Assembly: GCA_045115935.1 (NCBI GenBank)
Contig: JBGULF010000035.1
Location: 9,162 to 73,161 of the forward strand
Length of the DNA stretch: 64,000 nucleotides
Source of the DNA: Anaerovoracaceae bacterium
GTDB taxonomy: Bacteria; Bacillota; Clostridia; Peptostreptococcales; Anaerovoracaceae
Reading direction: 5' to 3'
Positions 39,345 to 49,008 of the stretch are shown piece after piece (the first letter of the stretch is position 1; every line of letters begins with the position of its first letter). The position numbers and the translations under genes were made by a program. Under the pieces are notes generated by a model. It did no database searches. It had not been told where the DNA came from and saw only the letters and a list, made by a program, of their open reading frames with translations.

Positions 39345-40115
39345 TTACTGTCCTGCCAGATATTCCTCGACAGCTTTTTTATATCTTTCGGCATCTGCGC
39401 CGACGATAGGTTTGCAGATGATGTTGCCTGAGCTGTCCAGAATAAATGTGGTCGGTACTGCTTCCACATTACTGAACACCTGCATCACGGACTCGCTGGC
39501 CAGTATGTTAGTGTATTTTACTCCTGCCTCCCTGCATATCTTTCCGGCAAGTTCGATATTATCTTCATTGCCGGCCGGCGGCGCATCGATCACGACGCCC
39601 ACCACCTGAACGTTATCCGGGAATTCTTCATCAAGCTTTGCCAGATCAGGCATTTCCCCGATGCAGGGACCGCAGTAAGTACCCCATACATTCAGCACGG
39701 TCACATCCTTGTCAGCAAAGATGGCTTCGGTCACAGTATTACCGTCCATGTCAACCGATTCGAAAGCGCCTAAATTGCTTCCGATCTCCAGCTCTTCTAC
39801 CGCGTAACGGGAGCTGCCGTCTTCAGCATCACCGGTATCTGTTATGCCCCTTGCGATAGCGATAAACACAATTGCATACATAACGATAATGGATACAGTT
39901 GCCAGAATATCCAGCACTCCCAGGATCTTCAGCGTTTTGTCCTCTCTTGCGGATCTGCGCCCGATAAAAAAGAACACGAAGCCCAGAAATGCCAGTATTA
40001 CTGAGATGGTCGTGACTGTTCCTGCCTGCGCGTTCGAAAATATAAGTATGAAAGACAGTACTGCTGAAATTACCGGTATCAGCTTTATGAATATCAGTAT
40101 GTTTTTCTTATTCAT
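39345..40115 (-). CDS. Membrane-anchored TlpA/ResA-family thiol-disulfide oxidoreductase
   Basis: 256 aa. Three N-terminal TM helices, then a thioredoxin fold with WGTYCGPC. The ATG overlaps the upstream stop (ATGA). Confidence 0.8.
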   Translation of the reverse strand: MNKKNILIFIKLIPVISAVLSFILIFSNAQAGTVTTISVILAFLGFVFFFIGRRSAREDKTLKILGVLDILATVSIIVMYAIVFIAIARGITDTGDAEDGSSRYAVEELEIGSNLGAFESVDMDGNTVTEAIFADKDVTVLNVWGTYCGPCIGEMPDLAKLDEEFPDNVQVVGVVIDAPPAGNEDNIELAGKICREAGVKYTNILASESVMQVFSNVEAVPTTFILDSSGNIICKPIVGADAERYKKAVEEYLAGQ

Positions 40116-41254
40116 TTCCTCTGTTTTAGTATACGTACCCGGCGCACCCTTTGTCTTCTGTCTCTGATACGCCTTATAACCACTTTCCTTGTGCTGTGCA
40201 TCAGCCCGCCCATAACAGTCTTAAGTTCTGACTGTTTTTCCTTAGGCAGGTTCCTTATCGTAGCCAGTATCTTTCCCGCAGATGCCCTCCTGTTGATGAT
40301 CATCTCATCGAAAGTGTCCATGCCGGTCGCTTCAAAGAAAGAGAACAGCGTGTTTACGAACATTTCTCTTGATTTATCATCTAAACTGCCGAGCCATTCT
40401 TTCTGTGATTCGTTGATAAGAGATCCGACCGCAGACTGCTTTGTCTGCTTGAATCTGTTTCTCTCGATCTTCCACGTCATGGCGTCGTGCTGCAGAAGGC
40501 CCGGATCTTTGCTTTTTACGATAATGTGCCCCACATTGCTGGTAAGCAGCATCCCGACGACCGATGTATCAGGAACTATGCTCACCACTCTTGGGAGTAT
40601 GCGCTTATACGCCTCACGTTCCATCACCTCGCTGCGGAAGCCCGGACCGTCATTGGTATACACAGCAAGGATGCGGTCCTGGATCTCACTGTCGCAGAAG
40701 GCTGCGGCGTATACGGCGAAATTACCGCCCTTTGAATGGCCTCCGACCCGTATCGGTCTGTTTATCTTTTTACCTACTTCATTAAGATAGCGCACTGCGC
40801 TCCGCTGCCCTTCAGTTTCAGGCATGTAGCTCATATTGAAGTCTTCTTTCCACCCGGCGACAGTGGTGTCAGTGCCTCTGAAGGCTACATACGCGCTGCC
40901 GTCGCTCAGCAGAAATGTCACTGCCGCCATCTGCATGTCCTTGTCACTGTTGACTATGTCCACGTATCTGGTGAGTAACGTATCACGGAAACGATCGCCT
41001 TTCAGCATGTCGTCCATGAGCAGCGGCGCCCTCACGAAATGAAAAATGCTTTTCCTTGCCCTGCTGCGTGAGTGAGTTGCAAAGTATAGCCGGTCTGCAG
41101 TCCCGAGATCGGTCTTGTTGAAACTGTCGTCCAGTATGCCGTCGAAATCCGTATATACCAATAAAGAGAGGACAAGATTATCCACCTCGTTGAACGGATC
41201 TTCCTCAAAAGACAGGATGCCCCTTCTTTTAACATAATCGAATATGTCAGCCAT
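40112..41254 (-). CDS. Mbeg1-like (DUF2974) alpha/beta-hydrolase, paralog 1
   Basis: 380 aa. AFRGTD...W.EDF and the nucleophile elbow GGHSKGGNFAVYAA. About 60-65% identical by eye to 47493..48596. Confidence 0.7.
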   Translation of the reverse strand: MADIFDYVKRRGILSFEEDPFNEVDNLVLSLLVYTDFDGILDDSFNKTDLGTADRLYFATHSRSRARKSIFHFVRAPLLMDDMLKGDRFRDTLLTRYVDIVNSDKDMQMAAVTFLLSDGSAYVAFRGTDTTVAGWKEDFNMSYMPETEGQRSAVRYLNEVGKKINRPIRVGGHSKGGNFAVYAAAFCDSEIQDRILAVYTNDGPGFRSEVMEREAYKRILPRVVSIVPDTSVVGMLLTSNVGHIIVKSKDPGLLQHDAMTWKIERNRFKQTKQSAVGSLINESQKEWLGSLDDKSREMFVNTLFSFFEATGMDTFDEMIINRRASAGKILATIRNLPKEKQSELKTVMGGLMHSTRKVVIRRIRDRRQRVRRVRILKQRK

Positions 41255-41263
41255 GATCTGCCT

Positions 41264-41806
41264 CTACTGAATATATACTATCTCAGTCTTTCTGAACGCC
41301 GATATTATATTCAGGATCGACGAGTAAATAAGCCCTATGCTGTATACCCAGACCGCTATATTCAGCCTGTCGAATGCGATACCGCATATTAAAACGATCA
41401 GCGCAAGTAATATGTTCGTTATGCCATATGCCATTTTCAGTCTCCACGAAGACCCGATCTTTCTGGATTCATTGGCCCTCAGTGCAGATACCGCTCCGGT
41501 GAAAATATGCAGAGCTGAAATGTATATAAGTATGTATGCCGTCGGGTGCTCAAAAATCGTGCCCGCAAGTACGCCCAGGTCAAGAAAGATCATGCCTCTG
41601 AACAGCACGTTCTTTCCGCCTACCATGTGTCTTGCCATCGAAAAGTAATACACTATGGCCTGCAGTCCTCTCAGGGTCATGCCCGCCTGTATAACTATTA
41701 TGACTAATTTCAGTCCGTGTATGGCATCCAGGTAGAACATGAGAACTGCTACGGCAATTGTGAACAAGGCAGATATCGTGTTCATGACCCTTCCGAATCT
41801 AGTCAT
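41264..41806 (-). CDS. Integral membrane protein (DUF308/HdeD-like, tentative)
   Basis: 180 aa, about 6 TM helices. GGAGG RBS. The start overlaps the upstream gene by 8 nt. Confidence 0.4.
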   Translation of the reverse strand: MTRFGRVMNTISALFTIAVAVLMFYLDAIHGLKLVIIVIQAGMTLRGLQAIVYYFSMARHMVGGKNVLFRGMIFLDLGVLAGTIFEHPTAYILIYISALHIFTGAVSALRANESRKIGSSWRLKMAYGITNILLALIVLICGIAFDRLNIAVWVYSIGLIYSSILNIISAFRKTEIVYIQ

Positions 41807-42968
41807 TGATCTGCCTCCTTCCGTATTCTTTCGCGAGTTTCTGGAAATCCCTTATTCCTCTGAAACCGCTTTTCTCAAAGTCCACGGAAACACCTGCAAT
41901 AGGGTTCCCCGACGTAAAGATCCTGTTGGTCACCATGCTCTTCTGCGCGAGTGCAGCAATGATGAACCTGCCGAGGAACGTGCCGTCTCCGGACTCCTCG
42001 TCAGCAGCTGTGTATTCGTTCTGATACTTTTCAACGTCAAATTCTTCAACTTCACAACCGGAGATCTTTTCAGCGAGTTCTTTCCAGTCTGCCGATGCGT
42101 TTATCTGACGTTTTTCAAGCAGGCTCCTTATGTCATCCTCCCACGGTCTGACCGCATCGAAGTCATAAATGCCGGTCCCGAACTCCTCACCGGTCCTGAG
42201 ACATCTGAGAGCATAGGTCATCTGACAGAATGCGTGATAATAATCGGAAGGATTGTCCTTCAGTATTTCTTTATAGCCACCCCATGCAGGGAGATATTTA
42301 TAACGGGCATAGCCATAGTCCGGGAAGTGTCCTGCCCGGCCGTGCCCCAGATTCATTATCGAATTCTCATCACTCTGGTACAGACTGTTTGTATATACAC
42401 CCTTTTCAGGATCATCGACACCGCGCGGATCGTGGTTGAACTTTATCTGAACTTCCCTGAAGTCGTCGCCTTCAGGTACAAGCTCGTAGAAATAATAATT
42501 CACATTGTTGATCGCAAGTGTCGGTGTGCCGGCAAAATAGCGGTGCGCCCATGTGTCGGAGAGCACATGCATTGCCAGGCCCACAGCCTGCAGACTTCTG
42601 CCCCGTGCCAGTTCTACTGTATCTTTAAGAAGTGCGCTGTTTGTATTGCAGATGAGCCTGTATTTATTCAGGTATCTTCTGCCGCAGTATTTCTCTGCTT
42701 TTGCGTCAAGATCTCCCGGGAGAAAATGGAATGAAGCCCATATCCTCGTGATATCCTGCAGCCCTGTCGGATCAGTTCGCGCGTCCATCAGCTCAAGCTG
42801 CAGCTGAGTGGTTGCCGCACTGCGCGGACCGTTCAGCTTATTCAGCAGGGTCCTTGAACAGCAGTCGGTAAACTGGTCACTATAAGCGATCTGCAGGCTC
42901 TCGTCATGAGTGTAACCTGCGATCATCGCTGCGCAATATGTTGCATAATAATGAAAATCCAGCTGCAT
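41799..42968 (-). CDS. Hypothetical protein with His-rich N-terminal pattern (possible Zn phospholipase C / P1-nuclease-like fold)
   Basis: 389 aa. MQLDFHYYATYCAAMIAGY ... WASFHFLP ... HVLSDTWAHRYF ... GHGRAGHFPD. The conserved His/Asp spacing suggests a metalloenzyme. Tentative. Confidence 0.35.
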   Translation of the reverse strand: MQLDFHYYATYCAAMIAGYTHDESLQIAYSDQFTDCCSRTLLNKLNGPRSAATTQLQLELMDARTDPTGLQDITRIWASFHFLPGDLDAKAEKYCGRRYLNKYRLICNTNSALLKDTVELARGRSLQAVGLAMHVLSDTWAHRYFAGTPTLAINNVNYYFYELVPEGDDFREVQIKFNHDPRGVDDPEKGVYTNSLYQSDENSIMNLGHGRAGHFPDYGYARYKYLPAWGGYKEILKDNPSDYYHAFCQMTYALRCLRTGEEFGTGIYDFDAVRPWEDDIRSLLEKRQINASADWKELAEKISGCEVEEFDVEKYQNEYTAADEESGDGTFLGRFIIAALAQKSMVTNRIFTSGNPIAGVSVDFEKSGFRGIRDFQKLAKEYGRRQIND

Positions 42969-42971
42969 CTG

Positions 42972-43571
42972 CTATTCCTGCTCTTTCTGTTCTGCGCTCT
43001 GACCGACCCTTTTCCGCACTTTTCTTATTCTTATTGCAGAAAACACCAGTTCAAACAGCATGATTATTGACGTAAGTTCAATGATCTGTGCCGACAATGA
43101 ATTATCGTTGCTGAGTGCTAAAGGGGCTTCCTGCGAATGTACCGAAAAAAAGTTTACGGCCATCACCGCTACATTAAAGATGATCAGCAATACCGCAAGG
43201 ATGAGATATCCGTTATGCCTCCGGAAGCCTCTTCCTTCAGCAACTGCTGATAATCCGATAAAAGTCCTGAAAACCAGAAATAAAGCCATGATTATCAGAA
43301 CCATTGCAAGCTCGATATAGAAAATATATTGATCAGGTATAGCTAAGCCGCTTTCATCAATAGTCTTTCTTAAGAAAGCGACCATCTCGTCCCTGAGCAG
43401 AAAAAGCGAACCCAGCGTCTTGACTACAGTCCAGACACTGAAAAGTATGGTTCCCGATCCCACTACTATGAGAGTGTTCTGTGATCTTCTCAGGAGAATA
43501 TGATCGATGTCATTGTTAATGTGGTTCACTATGGCCCCTCTTCTGTTTCTCAATAATACTTTATTATACAC
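42972..43571 (-). CDS. Hypothetical 4-TM membrane protein
   Basis: 199-aa ORF from GTG 43571. An alternative GTG at 43529 has AGAGGGG 5 nt upstream. No recognisable family. Confidence 0.45.
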   Translation of the reverse strand: MYNKVLLRNRRGAIVNHINNDIDHILLRRSQNTLIVVGSGTILFSVWTVVKTLGSLFLLRDEMVAFLRKTIDESGLAIPDQYIFYIELAMVLIIMALFLVFRTFIGLSAVAEGRGFRRHNGYLILAVLLIIFNVAVMAVNFFSVHSQEAPLALSNDNSLSAQIIELTSIIMLFELVFSAIRIRKVRKRVGQSAEQKEQE

Positions 43572-43609
43572 CCCCCTGTGCGTCAGGTATCTGCTTTACA
43601 TACCTGAAT

Positions 43610-43641
43610 AAAAAAAAGTATCGGATCGCAATGCCCGATAC
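43610..43641 (-). terminator. Terminator after the permease gene
   Basis: Minus strand: GUAUCGG-GCAUUGCGAU-CCGAUAC followed by UUUUUUUU. Confidence 0.7.
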
Positions 43642-43683
43642 TTTTCTTTTGTTTAGTTCAGCACGCTGTCTGCATGCTGTATT

Positions 43684-44760
43684 CTACATGCCGCCCAGGA
43701 ACATCAGCGCGTACTTGAGCGCGATACCGGATACCATGCCGATGAATGGATCCGAGAAGCTTGTTACGATGATTACGCAGCCTCCGACGACCGGATCCTC
43801 GGTAAGTGCTGCTGAAGCATCCTGCGGGAATACGGCGAAAGCTCCGAGCACGAACAGGAAGCCAGAGATGGTCTCTGCAGGAATGTACTTTGCGATCTTT
43901 GTGATCGTCCTTGTCAGGAAGATCGCAGCTACGATAGCTGCAAGCAGGATTCCCGCGAGAATCGGATGAGGCGCAGCTGCAGTGCCGCTGATGATGGCCT
44001 CAACCGGACCGCCTCCGAAGAATGCGCTCGCTGAGTCAGCCAGACCTGAGTATACGGTGATGGCGTCAACATTAGCTGTCTCGCCCGCTATGCCTGCTGT
44101 GATGGTCGCATACGCAATATTGCCGCCGATCTGCAGCGTGCAGACAGCCAGTACACTCCTTATGATATGCATGTTGCAGGTCAGCTTGAGCGGTATGAGT
44201 TTTTCCTTGCTCATATCGATCTCGAGCATGTTGCCGGCGTCGCCTGTAACTTTTGCTCTGACCAGGTGTGCGATAGTACTCAGTATTACGGATACCGCGA
44301 TAGTCCAGATCAGGTCGTTAGTAGCAAAATAGATGATCAGCGCAGATGCCATGGAAACAGCGGAAACGAATTTGTTCTGCTTGATCATGTCGAAGCCCGC
44401 CTTTGCCAGCATGAGGCCGACACCGGCCAGCATGGCGTTGAGGATGCATGGTCCGATGAAGTCCATGGTCTTGGTCAGCACTCCGCAGAACCCGAGGACC
44501 GCCATAACGATTCCGCTGTAGAAGATAATGTTCAGTCTTTCATTACGGTCATGGCTGATGGTTCCTGCAAGCACTATGCTCTCAGCCTGCAGCGAGATCG
44601 GAGCAATCTGATGAGTCAGCGCCATTCCGAATCCGCCTACGATGAAGCCCAAAGCTGTCGGGAATGCGGCAAAGCCGTATGAAAGCGAGAATACCGCCAT
44701 CGGGATCGCGTTAAAAACGACTGCGATGGCTGCGAAAATATCTTTCAGATATAAAGCCAT
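43684..44760 (-). CDS. Multi-pass permease of unknown specificity (nucleobase/anion permease-like)
   Basis: Start trimmed to ATG 44760 (AAAGGGGG RBS). About 10 TM helices. No diagnostic motif recognised. Confidence 0.45.
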   Translation of the reverse strand: MALYLKDIFAAIAVVFNAIPMAVFSLSYGFAAFPTALGFIVGGFGMALTHQIAPISLQAESIVLAGTISHDRNERLNIIFYSGIVMAVLGFCGVLTKTMDFIGPCILNAMLAGVGLMLAKAGFDMIKQNKFVSAVSMASALIIYFATNDLIWTIAVSVILSTIAHLVRAKVTGDAGNMLEIDMSKEKLIPLKLTCNMHIIRSVLAVCTLQIGGNIAYATITAGIAGETANVDAITVYSGLADSASAFFGGGPVEAIISGTAAAPHPILAGILLAAIVAAIFLTRTITKIAKYIPAETISGFLFVLGAFAVFPQDASAALTEDPVVGGCVIIVTSFSDPFIGMVSGIALKYALMFLGGM

Positions 44761-44851
44761 ACAATACCCCCTTTCCCAAACGATAGGAAACATTTATGTA
44801 CTCCATTATAAACATATTGTAGCACAACTATTCCGCAACGGTTCATGCTTA

Positions 44852-45643
44852 TTATTTTTTGTCTTTGAGAGTCAGGTATAGTTCGGCATCTGTAGCTGCC
44901 TGATACGGGTTCGTGAATACGATATTGAGTATGCCGAATGTTATCGCTCCTACGAGTCTCCACCCGATGAATGAGAGGTCGAGCACGAAGGACGTCCACT
45001 TGCTTCCGTACATCATTTGCGCAGACAGATCTCTTGCCTCCTTGCCGGAGACCTTCGGATCCTCTGCGATTATGTACGGCACAAGTCTCCAGCAGTATGC
45101 CTTGTAGATACCCGGGACGATAAGAAGCAGTATCCACAGCAGGTTGAGTACCTGTGTGCCGAACATTGCAAACACGATGTCCCTGTAGTTTTTTCCGAAG
45201 CCGAAGCCGATGTTTCCGCCGCCTACGCTTGTCTGCGGGTCTGACGAATTCTGAATGAAAAACTTCCTTGCACCTACATTCAAAGGATTCAGAATAAGCG
45301 CGCAGACCATCACGCCCACCAGGGCAGCGATAGAGATGAGCGCAATGACAGCAGATGAGAATATTACCGACGGAACGATATTGTTTTTTATCCCGTCTAA
45401 ATCGAGTTCCTCTCCGTTGACTTCTACAGAAACAGCGTCGTCTCCGCTTACGGATTCATCATATGATTCCACGACCTGGTCATTGCCGTTCAGATAATGC
45501 CTGGTAGTGACCGTTGTGGAAGACGTTGATCCGCTGCCTATACCGCCCGCGATCATTAGGATCAGCGCTGCGATAATGCATGCTATTTTATTGGCATTGT
45601 ATGCCGCTTTGCCTTTTGCCTTAAGTTCTTTGCGATCCCACAT
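44852..45643 (-). CDS. DUF975-family membrane protein
   Basis: 263 aa. MWDRKELKAKGKAAY... start and C-terminal PGIYKAY.W.LVPYI..E.P pattern typical of DUF975. Confidence 0.65.
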   Translation of the reverse strand: MWDRKELKAKGKAAYNANKIACIIAALILMIAGGIGSGSTSSTTVTTRHYLNGNDQVVESYDESVSGDDAVSVEVNGEELDLDGIKNNIVPSVIFSSAVIALISIAALVGVMVCALILNPLNVGARKFFIQNSSDPQTSVGGGNIGFGFGKNYRDIVFAMFGTQVLNLLWILLLIVPGIYKAYCWRLVPYIIAEDPKVSGKEARDLSAQMMYGSKWTSFVLDLSFIGWRLVGAITFGILNIVFTNPYQAATDAELYLTLKDKK

Positions 45644-45677
45644 TATTTAATGCCCCTTTCATCATCACAAAGCAGGA

Positions 45678-46655
45678 TCAGTATCCTGCATTTATATCAA
45701 TAAGATGCGTCAGCTCCCTGCCGTCTGCATAGCGTCTGAGATTGTCACAGAAAATATCCACTGTGATGTCTACCGTTTCGGGCAGTCCCATATCACCCGA
45801 AATGTGCGGTGTGATTATGCAGTTTTTTGCAGTCCAGAGCGGATGATCCGCAGGAAGCGGCTCGGGATACATTACATCGAGCGCAGCGCCTGCAAGACGT
45901 CCTTCATTGAGCGCATCTATGAGAGCTTCCTGATCGATGACTGTGCCGCGTCCTACATTTATGATGAATGTTTTCTCAGGCAGCAGGGCCATGCGCTCAG
46001 CGCTCAGGAGTCCTTCCGTGTCCGGAGTCCCCGGCACGCAGATCACCAGTACATCTATCTGCTCATCCCCGCTGCATCCGCTCACGGCGTTTTCGAAATC
46101 ATCGATCCTGAACACTTCATCGAACCAGTCTCTGCTTCTTCCGCTGCGGCTGAAGCCTATCACCTTCTTTGCTCCGAGAGCCTTGTATCGTTTTGCCGCG
46201 TTCTGTCCCAGGTTTCCCGTGCCGGCGATGGCGATCACGCTTCCCTTGATAGATCTGATCTCAAGGTCTCTGGTCCACCCTCTGTCTGCAACGACCCTGA
46301 AGTACTCCGGCATGCGCCTCATCAGCAGAAGCGTCACCATTATAATGTGCTCGGATATCGCAAGGCCGTATGCTCCGGAGCTGTTTGTGAGTATGACATC
46401 TCCGCGATCGAAGGCCCCACTCTTCAGAAAGTGCCCGACTCCGGCGGAAACCGAGTGGCACCACCTGATCTGCGGCATCTCCCTGAGAAGCTCGCCTTCA
46501 TCACAGTAAGCCACCTCCGCGTCACTGATCTTTCCGGCTGCCTCTTCACCGCTGTCGAAGAAGCTCATCTCAAATCCGCATTCTTCAGCAACAGAGCGCA
46601 TATGATCCTTGTTGGCTTCAGATAAGAAATCACATATAGCGTAGCATTTCCTCAT
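45678..46655 (-). CDS. D-isomer-specific 2-hydroxyacid dehydrogenase family protein
   Basis: 325 aa. IAGTGNLGQNAAKR Rossmann motif, NVGRGTVIDQEAL, ITPHISG catalytic His. Confidence 0.85.
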   Translation of the reverse strand: MRKCYAICDFLSEANKDHMRSVAEECGFEMSFFDSGEEAAGKISDAEVAYCDEGELLREMPQIRWCHSVSAGVGHFLKSGAFDRGDVILTNSSGAYGLAISEHIIMVTLLLMRRMPEYFRVVADRGWTRDLEIRSIKGSVIAIAGTGNLGQNAAKRYKALGAKKVIGFSRSGRSRDWFDEVFRIDDFENAVSGCSGDEQIDVLVICVPGTPDTEGLLSAERMALLPEKTFIINVGRGTVIDQEALIDALNEGRLAGAALDVMYPEPLPADHPLWTAKNCIITPHISGDMGLPETVDITVDIFCDNLRRYADGRELTHLIDINAGY

Positions 46656-46684
46656 GTCAGTACCTCTTCCCGCACTCCGTACTT

Positions 46685-47458
46685 TTACTTGAATTCGATC
46701 TTCAGTTTGTACCTGGATGACAGGTTCGCGATCACCGGCTGGAAAATCTCCCAGATGGAGTGTTCAGCGGCAATTTTTGCGTCTTCTATCACTTTCTCGT
46801 CTTCGAGTTTCTGAAGCATTCTCTCCTTGGCCTGTGTTTCTACCTCAGCCTGCTGCTCAGGCGTCAGCTTGATGTTCCCGAATGCGAAAGCTTCCTTTTC
46901 AACTTCTCCGAACTGGATGTTCTCGCTCGGAATGTTGATAGGCTCGAGCACCGGAGCCGGCACCTTTATCGTTACCGTCTTCGTCTCTTCATCGAGCGTG
47001 ATATCGTCCGCCTTAAGACCGCTCAGATCTACAGTGTAGATCGCTTTTCCGTTGTAAGTAATGAGCTGATATTTGGAGAAGGCCTTTATTTTGAACAGCC
47101 CTGCCTGTGTCAGCGTCGAAACGTCGGAGACCTCTCTGGAGTAAACCTCCAGCTTCTTCAGCTGCTCCTCATCACCGAGAACGGCCTCAGCAAAATCCGC
47201 GGCCTTATAGCCAAAGATCCTGTGGTTTATCAGCGTGAGATCGCGGTCCTCAACGGCAGTCTCCGTAGTGAAAAGAGCCCTGAAAGCATCTTTTACCGCA
47301 AGACCGTGCATATAGGCGGTAAACGTCGTAAGTATCAGCATACCGACGATGATGCCCACGAAAAACGTGCGTATCCTTGCAAACCAGCCTTTGCGGCGGC
47401 CTTTTCTCTCAGCTTTTCTGAGTTCCTGCTTCATATCCTTATCATTATTCTCACCCAT
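46685..47458 (-). CDS. DUF4230-like membrane-anchored protein
   Basis: 257 aa. AAGGAGG RBS, basic N-terminus plus one TM helix. The body (YTVDLSGL...D......I.VP.P) resembles DUF4230. Confidence 0.55.
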   Translation of the reverse strand: MGENNDKDMKQELRKAERKGRRKGWFARIRTFFVGIIVGMLILTTFTAYMHGLAVKDAFRALFTTETAVEDRDLTLINHRIFGYKAADFAEAVLGDEEQLKKLEVYSREVSDVSTLTQAGLFKIKAFSKYQLITYNGKAIYTVDLSGLKADDITLDEETKTVTIKVPAPVLEPINIPSENIQFGEVEKEAFAFGNIKLTPEQQAEVETQAKERMLQKLEDEKVIEDAKIAAEHSIWEIFQPVIANLSSRYKLKIEFK

Positions 47459-47492
47459 TTTTACCCTCCTTGATATCCTGTCAGGATACTGA

Positions 47493-48596
47493 TCATATCT
47501 TGTCTGACAGCCGGTCCCTGACTGCCTGTGTGCTGCTCTGTATGAGCTCGCCCATTATGTCTTTCACTTCTTCCTGTCGTTCTTTCGGCAGTTTTGTGAT
47601 GGATGACAGTATCTTTTCTGCGGTTTTCAGCTTGTTTACCTTCATCTCCCCGAAGGTGGCCATTCCGGTAGCTTCAAACAGGGAGAAAAGCGTGTTCACA
47701 AACAGCTCTCTGGATTCATCCTCTATCTTGCTGAGCCAGTCCTTCTGGGATTGCCTAATAAGCGTACCCAGTCTGGAAGGTTCTGTGACCACGAATCTGT
47801 TGCGCTCTATCTGCCATGTCAGCGAAACGTGCTGATCGAGGCCTTTTTCACTGCTCTTCACAACTATGTGGTCGACTTTGCTCGTGAGCAGCATTCCGAT
47901 AATGGATGTGTCAGGCACGATGCTTACCACTCTCGGGAGTATGCGTTTATACCCTTCTCGCAGCATCACCTCATCGCGGAATCCCGGACCGTCGTTTGTA
48001 TATACCTTGAGGATACGGTCCTGTACCTCTTTTTCGCAGAAGGCCGCAGCATACACAGCAAAGTTTCCGCCCTTTGAGTGCCCTCCGACCCTGATCGGTC
48101 CTTTGAATTTACCGGCGACTTCGTTTAAGTACCGCATCGCGCTGAGCTGCCCTTCCGTATCCGGCAGAAAACTCATGTTGAAGTCTTCCTTCCAGCTTAC
48201 GATCGTGCTGTCCGTACCCCTGAACGCGACATATATGCTGCCGTCATTCAGAAGGTAGGTCACAGCCGATATCTGCATGTCCTTGTCAGCATTGATCATA
48301 TCCATATACTTGGTGAACTTCATGTCGCAGAAGCGTCCGCCGCTGAGCATGTGATCCATCAGGAGCGGTGCTCTCAGCAGGTGATTGCTGCTCTTTTCAG
48401 CCTCTTCGCGGGAATGTGTTCTGAAGTACCGCTCATCCGCTGTTTTAAGGCTTACCGTCCTGAAGCTGTCGCTCAGTATACCGTCAAAATCGGTGTACGC
48501 CAACTCGGCGAGCACAAGATTGTCCACCTCGTTGAATGGATCTGCCCCGAAAGGCACATCTCCTCTCCATTTAAGATAATCGAAGATATTTGCCAT
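47493..48596 (-). CDS. Mbeg1-like (DUF2974) alpha/beta-hydrolase, paralog 2
   Basis: 367 aa. The same motifs (AFRGTDSTIVSWKEDF, GGHSKGGNFAVYAAAF) as 40112..41254. Confidence 0.7.
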   Translation of the reverse strand: MANIFDYLKWRGDVPFGADPFNEVDNLVLAELAYTDFDGILSDSFRTVSLKTADERYFRTHSREEAEKSSNHLLRAPLLMDHMLSGGRFCDMKFTKYMDMINADKDMQISAVTYLLNDGSIYVAFRGTDSTIVSWKEDFNMSFLPDTEGQLSAMRYLNEVAGKFKGPIRVGGHSKGGNFAVYAAAFCEKEVQDRILKVYTNDGPGFRDEVMLREGYKRILPRVVSIVPDTSIIGMLLTSKVDHIVVKSSEKGLDQHVSLTWQIERNRFVVTEPSRLGTLIRQSQKDWLSKIEDESRELFVNTLFSLFEATGMATFGEMKVNKLKTAEKILSSITKLPKERQEEVKDIMGELIQSSTQAVRDRLSDKI

Positions 48597-48605
48597 TTAG
48601 CCTCT

Positions 48606-48995
48606 CTATGCCTTCTCAGCAAGCTTTCTGATCACTTCTATATCCGAAGGCAGCCATCTTACCTGCCACGGATCGTCCAGCGGGAGCCATCTCGCCGACT
48701 CATGCTCAAGCAGAGTAAGCTCGCCGCTGATGATGCTGCAAATGAAACAGTCCATGGAAATATGAAACTCGGGGTAGTCATACTCCACGGTCGTAAAGAA
48801 CTCATCGACGGACACCAGCGTATCGAGCTCCTCCTTTATCTCTCTTACAAGAGCATCTTCGGGCGTCTCACCGGCTTCCACCTTGCCGCCCGGGAACTCC
48901 CACCAGTCCTTCCACGCTCCGTAGCCGCGCTGCGTTGCGAAAAAGTTTCCGTCCTCAATTATTATTGCTGCGACGACTTTTATCGATCTGTACAC
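48606..48995 (-). CDS. NUDIX hydrolase (MutT-like)
   Basis: 129 aa. GTG start with AAGAGGA RBS. Nudix box GGKVEAGETPEDALVREIKEELD. Confidence 0.85.
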   Translation of the reverse strand: MYRSIKVVAAIIIEDGNFFATQRGYGAWKDWWEFPGGKVEAGETPEDALVREIKEELDTLVSVDEFFTTVEYDYPEFHISMDCFICSIISGELTLLEHESARWLPLDDPWQVRWLPSDIEVIRKLAEKA

Positions 48996-49008
48996 CTGGG
49001 TCCTCTTT

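Noticed and set aside
45705-46625. 306-aa plus-strand ORF, and likewise 51359..52390 (343 aa), 41739..42734 and 61055..61828
   Set aside because: All are antisense shadows of well-supported minus-strand genes (2-hydroxyacid dehydrogenase, SEC-C protein, His-rich protein, B3/4 protein). None shows family motifs.
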